Shown here: positions 9,481 through 20,715 of the stretch, one piece after another
Layout: every line of letters begins with the position of its first letter
How positions within the stretch are numbered: the stretch's first letter is position 1
DNA from: Bdellovibrionales bacterium
Lineage (GTDB): Bacteria > Bdellovibrionota > Bdellovibrionia > Bdellovibrionales > JAUICD01
Assembly (NCBI GenBank): GCA_965262715.1
Contig: OZ253553.1
Coordinates: 1,088,001-1,152,000 of the forward strand
DNA: 64,000 bases
Reading direction: 5' to 3'
The notes under the pieces: model-generated
What the model was told of the DNA's origin: nothing
What the model saw: the letters and a program-made list of their open reading frames with translations, nothing else
Database searches by the model: none
Translations under genes and position numbers: made by a program

Positions 9481-10443
9481 TTAATTTATGGTATCTGAAA
9501 TTTTATCAAAATCTTTTGGAGATTCGATACGAAAGGATTTAGCATTCCGATCAATCTGTCTTAAAAGGCCAGAAAGAACTTTTCCAGAACCTACTTCAAT
9601 AAAATTTTGAAATCCTAAACTTCTTAAGTGCTTGATGGTCTGTACCCATTTAACAGGGGCTGTGATTTGTTCTTTGAGTGCCTGTTTTAAAATAGCCACC
9701 TCTGAAGTTTTTTGAGCAGAGGTGTTAGGAACTACATCACATTGAGGTAAGGAAAAATCCATTTGGTCAATAATAGGTGCCATTTTCTCCTGTGCTGGTA
9801 ACATCAATGAACAGTGAAAAGGAGCAGAAACCTTAAGAGGTATAAAGTAAGGAGACTTTTTAAAACCAAGTTCTTCCGGGACAGAAGTTGTTTGTAAAAA
9901 AGAAATTGCCTCTTGATGACCACTCAATACCGTTTGTGAAGACGTATTGTAAGCAGCTGGTTCTAAAACAATACTTTTTGAAAGCTCTTTATGACACCAA
10001 CTAAGTAAAGATGAGATTTCTTTTTCTGATAAACCTATACAAGCAACCATGCCTCCTTTACCTGGCCTGACAGCCTCTTGCATAAAACGCCCTCTTTGTT
10101 TTACAGCTTTAACTGCTGTCAAAAAATCGAAAGTGCCAGCAGAAACATGAGCTGAGTATTCACCTACAGAATGTCCTGCAACGACAGTTTGTGAATGAGA
10201 AATAGGAATAATGTCTTTGAGAACTTGAAAAAAAGCAATAGAAGTTGTTAAAAGGGCTGGCTGTGTGTACTCTGTCAAGTGAAGTCTGTCTTCTATACCT
10301 TTAAAACAAAGCTTTTCCATATCATAAGATAAACTGTCAGAGGCTTGTTGAAAAACTTCTTTAGCTTCAGGAAATGCCTGAGCAATTTCATGACCCATCC
10401 CCACAAATTGACTACCTTGACCTGGAAAAAGAAAAGCCCACAT
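9481..10443 (-). CDS. fabD: Malonyl-CoA-ACP transacylase
   Basis: FPGQGSQ, TQPAL, GHSVGEY and SAPFHC motifs. Confidence 0.95.
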   Translation of the reverse strand: MWAFLFPGQGSQFVGMGHEIAQAFPEAKEVFQQASDSLSYDMEKLCFKGIEDRLHLTEYTQPALLTTSIAFFQVLKDIIPISHSQTVVAGHSVGEYSAHVSAGTFDFLTAVKAVKQRGRFMQEAVRPGKGGMVACIGLSEKEISSLLSWCHKELSKSIVLEPAAYNTSSQTVLSGHQEAISFLQTTSVPEELGFKKSPYFIPLKVSAPFHCSLMLPAQEKMAPIIDQMDFSLPQCDVVPNTSAQKTSEVAILKQALKEQITAPVKWVQTIKHLRSLGFQNFIEVGSGKVLSGLLRQIDRNAKSFRIESPKDFDKISDTIN

Positions 10444-10736
10444 AAAACTTACCTCACTAATCTATATCTATACCCTTAGTTTATTTGAGGCACTTTACAC
10501 CTTATTCTAAGATTTGTCATTATAAACTTATAAAATAGCCTATTTTAAACCCTTTTCACTTAAAAATATTTTTTTACTATGAATGTATAAAATCAGGCTT
10601 TTGTGTTTGAACCATAAGATAAAATCCAAGTTTTAAAACTTTAAACCCGCTGAAAATCCTTCTATTCGAGTCTCAACTTGGTATGTGTTTTGCTTATACT
10701 TTACTTATAAACCATTTAAGGAGGGTATAAGCAATA

Positions 10737-11683
10737 TGAGGTCCGGTGACAATGATAAAAAACAACTTTCAAACATTAATGAATTTTTAAAAAAATCTAA
10801 TTTTTTAAAGTTGACAAATGACGCAGCTTTTAAAGCTTATTTTAAATCAAACAAAAACCTTTTAATATCTCTTTTAACGAGTTTTTTACCTCTTCCAAAA
10901 AATTCAACAATTGTAGAAGTACAGTTACTTGATTCAGAACTCTCATCACTAAATATCTCATTAGATGAGAAAAAATCTGATAAGACATTTGTTCTTGATT
11001 TATTAGTAAGATTTAAAAGAAAAAGCTTATCAAGTAGTCAAACAGAAACAGTCAATGTAGAGATGCAGACCACATCAGAGTCTTATTTTACAGATAGAGT
11101 TTTAGCTTACTCCTGTAGAATCTATTCTCAACAATTAAAAAAAGGTAGTGGTTATAATAAATTATTTCCTGTATATCTATTAGCTTTTACTACTAAAAAT
11201 CTAAAAGAATTTAAAGGTATTAAAGACTACCATCATATTTGCAATATTCGTCGTACAAAGTCCCCAGAAGCTCTAATGTCAAGTGGTTTATGCTTTGTTA
11301 TTATAGAGTTAGGGAAATTTGATAAAAATGTAAAACAATTGTATAATACAAAGGAGTTGTGGTGTTATCTTTTAAAAAACTCCCATAAGATGGATTTTTT
11401 AGAGTATAAGAGCTTTAAAGAGAAAGGAGGCCAAATGGCAGAAGCAGTGAAGAGCCTTTGGAACTTATCTAAAGAAGAAGCTGAAAAAGAATATCTCTAT
11501 GCCCTTGAAAAGATGGAAAGGGATAGAATTAATGCAGAAAACTCAGCTTATGAGAAAGGTCGACAGGAGGTGATACTAAAATTACTCAAAGCTGATATGA
11601 GCATAGAGAAAGTCTCTGAAATCACCGGTCTTTCAAAACAAGAAATCCGTAAACTTCAAGAAGAACATAAGAGTAACAACTGA
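10737..11683 (+). CDS. Rpn family recombination-promoting nuclease / PD-(D/E)XK_2 protein
   Basis: LTNDAAFKAYF, LDLLV, VNVEMQ and IELGKF motifs, HTH-like tail; GGAGG upstream of ATG 10737. Confidence 0.88.
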
Positions 11684-11727
11684 ACTTATGATAAAGAGAT
11701 ATTAAAGATATAATTTACTTTTAACTT

Positions 11728-11827
11728 TTTCTGGGAACCCAGGATCCCGGCAATCCGGTATACAGTTCCCAGAAACTTCTTTGCCGGAATGCCAGATTGC
11801 CGGCCTGCCTATATCCCGGAAAATAAA
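11728..11827. repeat. GC-rich REP-like dispersed repeat (family also at ~1807-1862, 8574-8627, 16530-16586)
   Basis: TTCCCAGAAACTTCTTTGCCGGAAT at 11766 matches 16530 at 24/25; CCAGGAT..GGCAATC motif shared with 8581. Confidence 0.6.
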
Positions 11828-11843
11828 TATATTCTACTGAAAA

Positions 11844-12788
11844 TTAATGAGCTAAAACACGGAAGGTTTGATAAAATACACCGCTTTTAGTCTTTTTATT
11901 TATATCCCTCATATCAGCGTTACAAGTGGTATTTTTAGGACAAACATAATAAGTAAAAAGACGTTTTGGAATACCAGCTTTAGTCTCACATATCTCACAA
12001 AACATTTTTTCTTCACCAGGAAGAGATGATGTTTCATAATTTTTACAATCAATAGCTGGTATTTTCGTTCTCATTTTTTCACAATTAATCACAGAAAGTC
12101 TGTAAACACTACAACACTTTGTAAGTGCATTATTTACCGAGTGTGATGATGGATATATATTTTTTGTAGCGTCTCGACACGCATTTGTGCACTTGGCATG
12201 TTTCTTATAATAAGTAGTTGAGCAATCCTTAGGAGGAAGAGGAGGAGGAGGAGGAGGGTCAGAAAGAGAGCATGCGTCAAATAAATTAGCCTTTATGCCA
12301 TCAGCTTGCGTGCTATCCTTATTTGGAATAGGAGGAGTTATTGAAGGCACAGTGGTAAAGGAGGTTGAAGTGGATACATCTTCAAGCTTCACTAAACAGT
12401 ACTCTCTTCCACCAGATGATGTGATACAAATATTATTCTGAAGATTATTACAGCCTAGTAGTGCTGTACCTTCAAACTTAAATGTTATACTGCCAAAAGG
12501 ACAGCAAATAATCCCCGCCCCCGGAGTACAATTAATTCGGCCTTTATTATAGGCACCTGCAATAATGGTGGCAAAATTTTCTATATCTGTTTGCATTATA
12601 TAGGCTTCTTTAATCCCACTTTGAAACCGAGCATGATTGACTGTATAAATATGGACAGAACTTAAAATGGTAAATATCGCAACAGACATAATTACGGCTA
12701 GCATCATACCCATAAAACCATCTTCTCTATCCAAATTGTAAAGAAGTTTTATCGATCTATTTTTCACTTTCTTAAATAGCCATTTCAT
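11844..12788 (-). CDS. Cys-rich exported protein with a prepilin-like N-terminal helix and a polyproline tract
   Basis: DG|FMGMMLAVIMSVAIFTIL hydrophobic segment, many Cys, DPPPPPPLPP. Confidence 0.55.
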   Translation of the reverse strand: MKWLFKKVKNRSIKLLYNLDREDGFMGMMLAVIMSVAIFTILSSVHIYTVNHARFQSGIKEAYIMQTDIENFATIIAGAYNKGRINCTPGAGIICCPFGSITFKFEGTALLGCNNLQNNICITSSGGREYCLVKLEDVSTSTSFTTVPSITPPIPNKDSTQADGIKANLFDACSLSDPPPPPPLPPKDCSTTYYKKHAKCTNACRDATKNIYPSSHSVNNALTKCCSVYRLSVINCEKMRTKIPAIDCKNYETSSLPGEEKMFCEICETKAGIPKRLFTYYVCPKNTTCNADMRDINKKTKSGVFYQTFRVLAH

Positions 12789-13171
12789 AAAAGTCCCCTA
12801 CATATAAAGTATAACACTTTATTGGCTTTATGTCTTTCCAAGGCCCTTGTTTTTTGACAATCTAATAACCCAGTTCTCCAATTATCTAGTAACCGGGAAA
12901 CATCTCTCAGAAACAACTGTTAAATCCCACAACGACAATTTGCTCTTTTAATTTTTAGCTGGCAAAAACAAAATACAAACCTTATTTTTAAGGTGAATTC
13001 TAATAATAAAAATGTTTCATTTTAGATACACTTAAAGTATAGTTTTTCTCATTACAAAAGACTCAACTCAAGTACTATAAACCCTTATTTTTGAGATATC
13101 TTTCAAATATCTGCTAAAAATTGGCTCAAAAATAAATTTTTAAAATAAATATTGTTTAATGACATAAAATT

Positions 13172-13384
13172 CTACTTCTTATTATTATCTTGAGATTTGA
13201 TTAGGAATAAAATGTGCAATAACCAAACAGTAAACCCAGCCAAAGTACCAATAGCAGCTCCTAAATTTTCATTTCCTAAACTCTCACCAATAACCTTACC
13301 TAAAAACAAACCGGCCACTACTATACCTGTGACCTCAAAACCAAGACCAAGGTATTTTATAAACTTTGGAGATAAACGAGACAT
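13172..13384 (-). CDS. AtpZ/AtpI (ATPase gene 1) family small membrane protein
   Basis: KYLGLGFEV...GLFLG..IG two-helix pattern; start probably ATG 13384. Confidence 0.6.
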   Translation of the reverse strand: MSRLSPKFIKYLGLGFEVTGIVVAGLFLGKVIGESLGNENLGAAIGTLAGFTVWLLHILFLIKSQDNNKK

Positions 13385-13670
13385 ATGACTACTCTTTATT
13401 TTATTTATCTGAAACCTAAGCATTCTACGACTCGAGGTAATCTAGAATCTATCAAACACTACATGACCACTTCTGCTTATCTACTAAATTCCTTTAAGAG
13501 TCCAATTCAGATAAATAAGAATCAATTCATATTTACTATACCATAAAATATTTCTGTTAGTATAAACCCATTTTTTTAAAGATCAAATCTATAAAAATAA
13601 GATTTAATTTATATGATTTGTATTGTAAATATGTATAAACTATACTTAATAAAGTGATTTTAGGATAAAA

Positions 13671-15473
13671 ATGCAGGTTCAAAATATTCGTAATTTTTCT
13701 ATTATTGCCCATATTGATCATGGCAAGTCAACTCTTGCAGATGCACTTTTGAACTTTACAAAATCCATTTCTGACAGGGATAAAAAAAGCCAATTTTTAG
13801 ATAACATGGATTTAGAAAGGGAACGTGGAATCACCATCAAGGCTCAAGCAGTATGCCTGAAGTACAAATCTCTCCACAGTGGAAAAGAGTACCAATTCAA
13901 CCTGATAGATACACCAGGTCACGTGGACTTTTCTTACGAAGTATCCCGATCTCTAGCAGCTTGTGAAGGGGCACTGCTGGTTGTAGATGCCGCGCAAGGT
14001 GTTGAAGCGCAAACCTTAGCCACTGTCTATCAAGCGTTAGACAACGACTTAGCACTTATCCCTATTTTAAATAAAATTGACCTACCTTCTGCCAACCCTG
14101 ATGATGTGATCTTCCAAATTGAAAATACTATTGGCATCGATGCTACCGATGCTATTTTCGCCAGTGCAAAAAACAACACAGGGATTGATAAAATATTAGA
14201 AGCTATTGTCGCAAAAATCCCTGCTCCTACTGGTAGTAAAAAAGAACCCTTAAAAGCATTAGTTTTTGATTCATGGTTCGACTCTTATCAAGGAGTGGTC
14301 GTTTTATGCCGCATTTTTGATGGATACCTTAAAGTAGGAGACAAAATCCGTTTTATGGCCTCATCAGTTGATTATGAAGTTTTAAAGTTAGGGGTTAATG
14401 CCCCCTTTCCTGTTGAAAGACAAATGCTATCTGTTGGTGAAGTGGGTTTTGTCATTTGCGGCATTAAAAATATCAGAGATGTTCGCGTTGGTGAAACCCT
14501 CACCTCAGCTAAAAATCCAACTCCTAAGCCTCTCTCTGGTTTTAAGAAAGTTAAACCTATGATCTTTTCTGGTATTTTTCCTATTGATTCCACTCATTAC
14601 CAAAAGTTAAGAGATAGCTTGGAAAAACTATGCCTTAATGATTCTTCTTTGAGCTTTGAACCAGAAAGCTCTACTGCATTAGGACTAGGCTTTCGCTGTG
14701 GCTTTCTAGGTTTACTACATCTAGAAATCGTACAAGAACGTCTTGAAAGAGAATTTAATTTAGAATTGATCACCACAGCACCAAGTGTTGTCTACCATGT
14801 TTACAAAACAAATGGTCAAATGATACGTCTAGAGAAACCTTCAGATCTTCCAGAAAGAAGTCATATTGATCGTATAAAAGAGCCTTTTTTAAAAATCACT
14901 ATTCATACACCTTCAGATTATTTAGGTGGTATTTTAAAGCTTTGTGAAGAACGTAGAGGCAAACAAGAAAAGCTTGAATTTATCACTCAAGGTAAAGTTA
15001 TTGTTGAGTATAAACTGCCCATGAATGAAATGGTCTTAGACTTCTATGATAAACTTAAATCTATTTCTAAAGGATATGCCTCCATGGATTATGAAGTGAT
15101 AGGATTTGAGGATTCCGATTTGGTCCGATTAGATATTTTATTAAATGGAGACCCAGTAGATGCCTTATCTTTGATCATCCATAAAAATAACTCCTACCAT
15201 CGTGGACGAGCTCTTACAAAAAAAATGAAGGAACTTATCCCCAAACAGCAATTTCAAGTTGCTATTCAAGCTGCTATTGGAGCTAAAGTGATTGCTAGGG
15301 AAACTATCAGTGCTATGAGAAAAGATGTGACTGCAAAATGCTATGGAGGAGATATAACTAGAAAGCGAAAACTTTTAGAAAAACAAAAAGCAGGTAAAAA
15401 GCGCATGAAACAAATTGGAAGTGTGGAAGTTCCACAATCTGCTTTTTTAGCTATACTCAAAATAGACTCTTAA
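13671..15473 (+). CDS. lepA: Elongation factor 4
   Basis: [27 protein letters not shown] and [21 protein letters not shown]. Confidence 0.98.
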   Translation: MQVQNIRNFSIIAHIDHGKSTLADALLNFTKSISDRDKKSQFLDNMDLERERGITIKAQAVCLKYKSLHSGKEYQFNLIDTPGHVDFSYEVSRSLAACEGALLVVDAAQGVEAQTLATVYQALDNDLALIPILNKIDLPSANPDDVIFQIENTIGIDATDAIFASAKNNTGIDKILEAIVAKIPAPTGSKKEPLKALVFDSWFDSYQGVVVLCRIFDGYLKVGDKIRFMASSVDYEVLKLGVNAPFPVERQMLSVGEVGFVICGIKNIRDVRVGETLTSAKNPTPKPLSGFKKVKPMIFSGIFPIDSTHYQKLRDSLEKLCLNDSSLSFEPESSTALGLGFRCGFLGLLHLEIVQERLEREFNLELITTAPSVVYHVYKTNGQMIRLEKPSDLPERSHIDRIKEPFLKITIHTPSDYLGGILKLCEERRGKQEKLEFITQGKVIVEYKLPMNEMVLDFYDKLKSISKGYASMDYEVIGFEDSDLVRLDILLNGDPVDALSLIIHKNNSYHRGRALTKKMKELIPKQQFQVAIQAAIGAKVIARETISAMRKDVTAKCYGGDITRKRKLLEKQKAGKKRMKQIGSVEVPQSAFLAILKIDS

Positions 15474-15534
15474 CAGCAAAACATTGATATTTAACTCAGT
15501 AATGAATATCCTATTAATAATTCTATTAATAAAC

Positions 15535-16417
<883 letters not shown>

Positions 16418-16589
16418 GTCTTAAATTGTTATAAATAACTGTGCTACAAGAGACTTCGGTAACACTTTCTTCAAGGCAAGAGAAGATATAATTCTATTTT
16501 TGGCTTCCAGAAAGCAGGCAAACTAACAATTCCCAAAAACTTCTTTGCCGGAATCCCTGACTGCTAAAATCCTGGGTAAATAAAAATAA

Positions 16590-17021
16590 TCAATCCACCG
16601 GAACGGCATCTAAGAAAAGTGCCTTACTTAACACAGTAAAGAAATTCTGATAATGTACAGGGTCTTTCACAGCTCTCTGTCTATGCTCTGCGTTCATTCG
16701 TACAAGGGTTCTCTTACCTCTCGATCTGACAGTAATAGTCACAGTTAATCGAGTGCCAGAAAATAACTTAGTGGCAGTGATCATCCCTATAGATTTATCA
16801 GCCTTGTCAATAACAAAGTCCAAGTCCTGAAGAGAAGCCAGTGATGACCTAATCACTTTATCTGTATCCTGGGTATCGTAAGCTCTAGACTGTATATTTC
16901 TCAACTGCACCTGACTCTGCTCCGCAGAAAGCAACTCGTTCTGGGATGTTGAAGCGCATCCAGTGAATATAAAAGGTAAAACAATAACACCAAACACTAA
17001 ATATAAATTTTGCTTTTTCAT
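16590..17021 (-). CDS. Lipoprotein of unknown function
   Basis: Lipobox FTGC; paralogous to 17018-17575 (LQDLDF..FF..LSKALFLD). Confidence 0.75.
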   Translation of the reverse strand: MKKQNLYLVFGVIVLPFIFTGCASTSQNELLSAEQSQVQLRNIQSRAYDTQDTDKVIRSSLASLQDLDFVIDKADKSIGMITATKLFSGTRLTVTITVRSRGKRTLVRMNAEHRQRAVKDPVHYQNFFTVLSKALFLDAVPVD

Positions 17022-17575
17022 AAATTCGCCTTATCTAAAAATAATGATTTTGATAACCTAGAAAAAAAATCTCTAAAAAATTCAGGACTATCAAGGCTTT
17101 CTGCTCGACTTACCTGATTTAAATTGTTCCAAACGATCCTTTGAAAATTGGTCCTCACTAAATAATCTCCAGTAGAATTCTGACTGTTTGTCTTACCGAT
17201 AGGATAAATAATAATGGATATACGAAATCTCTGGGATTTCTCTACCACAGCCCGATCATTGCCTCCAAGAATTTGTAGAAAAAATGAAAGCTGCTGTTTG
17301 CTATCAAAAGCAGAACGCGCTTTAGACCCTACAAACACCCCTAAATCTGAATCCCCTTCATCAATGTTAAATTCTAAATCCTGCAAAACCCCTATCACTG
17401 AAGACATCAATTGTTTTCTTTGAACCTTTTCAAAACGCTGGCTTTGAATAGCTCGTTTTTTAAGGGTTTCCTCGTTAACAACAAAGGCATTCGGATCTAA
17501 ATGCTGTGCAAAACATCCAGTCATTAAAATCGTTAGAATAAGTAAAGATATAATACGTAAAGAATTTCTACCCAT
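17018..17575 (-). CDS. Lipoprotein of unknown function
   Basis: Lipobox MTGC; VLQDLEF..LSKSLFL. Confidence 0.75.
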   Translation of the reverse strand: MGRNSLRIISLLILTILMTGCFAQHLDPNAFVVNEETLKKRAIQSQRFEKVQRKQLMSSVIGVLQDLEFNIDEGDSDLGVFVGSKARSAFDSKQQLSFFLQILGGNDRAVVEKSQRFRISIIIYPIGKTNSQNSTGDYLVRTNFQRIVWNNLNQVSRAESLDSPEFFRDFFSRLSKSLFLDKANL

Positions 17576-17614
17576 AATTTAAGAACTTTCTAAATTCCTT
17601 ATTTATTGACTTAT

Positions 17615-17989
17615 TTAAAATCGAGATGTGTGATATTTAAAATCTTTAACCTTCTTGTTTTCATCAAAGTTAATAATGACAGTTAAGGTCCTTTGCTGAG
17701 AAGTTCTTCTTTTATTGCTACCACCAATTAAAATAAGAGTCCCATAAGTACTAGATGTAGATACTGAACTACTTATTTTATCATATATCCATACTTCATT
17801 GCCATCATCATCAGTGCTAACAATATTGGGTGATCCTAAAGCATTTGCAACCTCTGCCCCGCTCATTCCATTTCTAATTTCTTTCTGTACAGTCCCTACT
17901 GTGAGATTGTTACTCTCCTCCATTCCATGTGTACATCCTAACAAAGAAAATAAAAATAACGTCATAGTCAATATTTTGAAGTGCCTCAT
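17615..17989 (-). CDS. SmpA/OmlA (BamE-like) domain lipoprotein
   Basis: Lipobox LLGC; GMSGAEVANALGSP..EVWIY..INFDENKKV. Confidence 0.75.
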   Translation of the reverse strand: MRHFKILTMTLFLFSLLGCTHGMEESNNLTVGTVQKEIRNGMSGAEVANALGSPNIVSTDDDGNEVWIYDKISSSVSTSSTYGTLILIGGSNKRRTSQQRTLTVIINFDENKKVKDFKYHTSRF

Positions 17990-18286
17990 TTTTACCCTTC
18001 CTTTTTTATTATTTTGGTTCTTTATTTTACCTTTATACCTTTGAGTAACTCAAGTATGTATAATTTTATTTTTACATATCCATAAAGTCAATCAAATACA
18101 AATAAAAGTTACTGACTCTCATTTTATCATAATCTTTGAACTTTTTTTATCATTAGAGATATAATTTTTACAAAATAGCACATATTTTCATGTTATTTTT
18201 ACAATAACACCCACAAGCCCTTACTTTTATTTGTTTTTTATGGTAAAAACAAAACTCCCTATATTTAAATTTAAAAGGAAAGTATT

Positions 18287-19273
18287 ATGAGATGTTTTTT
18301 ATTCCTATTGTTATCTATCCATTTGTGCTCCACCGTTTATGGACAAGAAGCAATTACAACATCTTGTGATGAATATCCAAGTCTTCGTGAAGAATTTTCA
18401 GAAAGTTTGGAAGAATTTAGGACTCGTTTTGATGAACTAAATGATGAACAAAAAAATAATCATATCAATGTTTTTGCCTCCATATTATGGTATTGTTCTG
18501 ATGCCCAAGAATTCAATAGCATTTTATTAGATACATTGGATATCTACTCCACAGAACCCCGTATAAGAGTATATATACTCAGATTTCTAGAGGCTCTTTC
18601 ATCTAACTATAAAGAAATAGAAACCTATAATGAAGACAACAATTGGGCAAATCGAGCGACTAATGCATCATGGAAACTACTTCTCGTCTATGGAGTATTT
18701 AAAATAGCCTTCAGATCGCGATTTGGCTTTTTGGCAAATGTATCGAAATTAAGAGAGTTTATATTTATTGGAAGCTCTTCTGTGGCTACAGGAGCTGTTT
18801 ATGAATGGGCTGAAGAAGACCTAAGTGTGAAGTTTGATCCTTCTGTATTAAGTGCTTCTCTTATTGCAATGGAAATGCACGACTTGCAGAATTCCTCTTG
18901 CGAGCTTGAAGAAGAGCTTAAAACAACTGATATACCTAGCAAAGAAAGCTTTGACGAGCTAGCATTAACACATAAAAGTTTAAGAGATACCTATGCAATG
19001 CTTGCAGAAGAAAGGCCTGGCTTTTCTCCCACGCAAAACCTTGATCTCCCCCCTGAAGTAGAAGAAGAGATTTATGCAGAGTTTTATCATCGATTTATCC
19101 AAAATACATGGAAACCAGCTGACCCAGACCAGGAATGTCTGAATAGAGATCGTACTATCAGCTTGGATATGACTAGATGTTACTTAGAAGAAAGCGCAAG
19201 AATGTTAAATAATAGTTTTTTTAGCACTGAACCTATACGGTTTGGCTCTGGGTTTGCCTCTTGCCTTAGATAA
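18287..19273 (+). CDS. Hypothetical exported or membrane protein
   Basis: 328-aa ORF with signal peptide and an internal hydrophobic hairpin; AAGGA RBS. Confidence 0.6.
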   Translation: MRCFLFLLLSIHLCSTVYGQEAITTSCDEYPSLREEFSESLEEFRTRFDELNDEQKNNHINVFASILWYCSDAQEFNSILLDTLDIYSTEPRIRVYILRFLEALSSNYKEIETYNEDNNWANRATNASWKLLLVYGVFKIAFRSRFGFLANVSKLREFIFIGSSSVATGAVYEWAEEDLSVKFDPSVLSASLIAMEMHDLQNSSCELEEELKTTDIPSKESFDELALTHKSLRDTYAMLAEERPGFSPTQNLDLPPEVEEEIYAEFYHRFIQNTWKPADPDQECLNRDRTISLDMTRCYLEESARMLNNSFFSTEPIRFGSGFASCLR

Positions 19274-19314
19274 GTATTTTAAGTTAATAAGTGATTTGAT
19301 ACCAGTTAGTTATT

Positions 19315-20223
19315 TCATGGTTTGAACTTATAACTGACTGAAATAGGGTATTTTGTTCTATACCAAAGCAAAGACAAACCAATGATAACCATAAAACTAC
19401 AAAGTATTTGTCCCATGCTAAAGTATTCTGCAAAAAACCCTAATTGAGTATCTGGTTGACGGAAAAATTCAACTATAAATCTTGTCACTCCATAAAAAAT
19501 CAAATACCCCCCAAGTAATACCCCAGACCTCGACCACTCAGCTATAACAGGTTTGATTTTTTTCTTCTTCCCTTTTGTTTGCTTATCTATATCCAACATG
19601 AGTTTTTTATAACCTGGAGCATGACCTTTTCTCATCTCCCATTTTTCCAACACGATTAACAAGATCAAGACAGAAAGTCCTTCGCCTAATGCTTGATAAA
19701 GTTGAGATGGATGTCTTGGCTCTGTGCCTGCTGTAGGAAAAATTACAGCCCATGGCACATCAGTGATACGACCTGCTAATTCCCCATTAATAAAATTACC
19801 TATTCTACCAAATATCACCCCTAATGCCGATCCAAAAACAACATTGTCTGCAATATGAAAGAAACTAATCCGATACTGCTTTGCCATAAGAAGACAAGCT
19901 GCCATAAAACCAATTGCAGCTCCATGATAAGAAAGACCACCCTTCCAAATGGCAATAATATCTCCAGGGTTATTAAGATAGTTCCAAGGGTCGTAAACAA
20001 TAACATAAGTGAGCCTCGCGCCAACAATCATGAATAACATAAGATAAGTGATAAGAATTTGAATTTCTTCTGGATCAAATGCAAATAGGCCTTTTTTCCA
20101 TCGATAACAAAGAAGCAAATAACCTAAAGAAAAGCCTACAAGGTACATCATTCCATACCAGTGAAAACTTAAAGGACCCATTGAAAAGAAAACAGGATCT
20201 AGATTATGAGTCCAATAAGACAT
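19315..20223 (-). CDS. lgt: Prolipoprotein diacylglyceryl transferase
   Basis: HWYG, GGLSYHG, GRIGNFINGE, RHPSQLY and EFFRQPD. Confidence 0.95.
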   Translation of the reverse strand: MSYWTHNLDPVFFSMGPLSFHWYGMMYLVGFSLGYLLLCYRWKKGLFAFDPEEIQILITYLMLFMIVGARLTYVIVYDPWNYLNNPGDIIAIWKGGLSYHGAAIGFMAACLLMAKQYRISFFHIADNVVFGSALGVIFGRIGNFINGELAGRITDVPWAVIFPTAGTEPRHPSQLYQALGEGLSVLILLIVLEKWEMRKGHAPGYKKLMLDIDKQTKGKKKKIKPVIAEWSRSGVLLGGYLIFYGVTRFIVEFFRQPDTQLGFFAEYFSMGQILCSFMVIIGLSLLWYRTKYPISVSYKFKP

Positions 20224-20226
20224 AGC

Positions 20227-20715
20227 TTAACCTTTAAGTTCTTCTCTGGTATCTTTAATGATCAATAAAATAAAAATCATAATGCCAGTCACAATACAAA
20301 TATCTGCAACATTAAAAGCAGGCCATGTGTAGTAGTTCTTAAAATGAAAGTCTAAAAAGTCAATCACATGCTGAAATCGAATGCGATCAATGTAGTTTCC
20401 AATGGCTCCACCAAAAATCAAAGAAAGCGCAATAATCTGTACCTTATCATCATTAGCCACTTTATTAAGTATAATAAGAATAATAATCATTGCAATTGGA
20501 GGAAGAATTAAAAAGAATGTTTCTCTAAAAACAGGATTTGCCTCTGCTAAAAAACCAAAAGCAGCTCCTGGGTTTCTGACAGATGTGATATTAAAAAAAT
20601 CCTGAATTATAGTGACACTCTCGCCTAATCGAAAATATGTATAAATATACATCTTACTAAGTTGATCTAAAGCAATAATAGCTCCAGAAATAGAAATTAA
20701 AATAAAATACTTCAT
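20227..20715 (-). CDS. lspA: Lipoprotein signal peptidase II
   Basis: DQLSK, NPGAAFG, GAIGNYIDR, VIDF and FNVAD. Confidence 0.96.
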   Translation of the reverse strand: MKYFILISISGAIIALDQLSKMYIYTYFRLGESVTIIQDFFNITSVRNPGAAFGFLAEANPVFRETFFLILPPIAMIIILIILNKVANDDKVQIIALSLIFGGAIGNYIDRIRFQHVIDFLDFHFKNYYTWPAFNVADICIVTGIMIFILLIIKDTREELKG

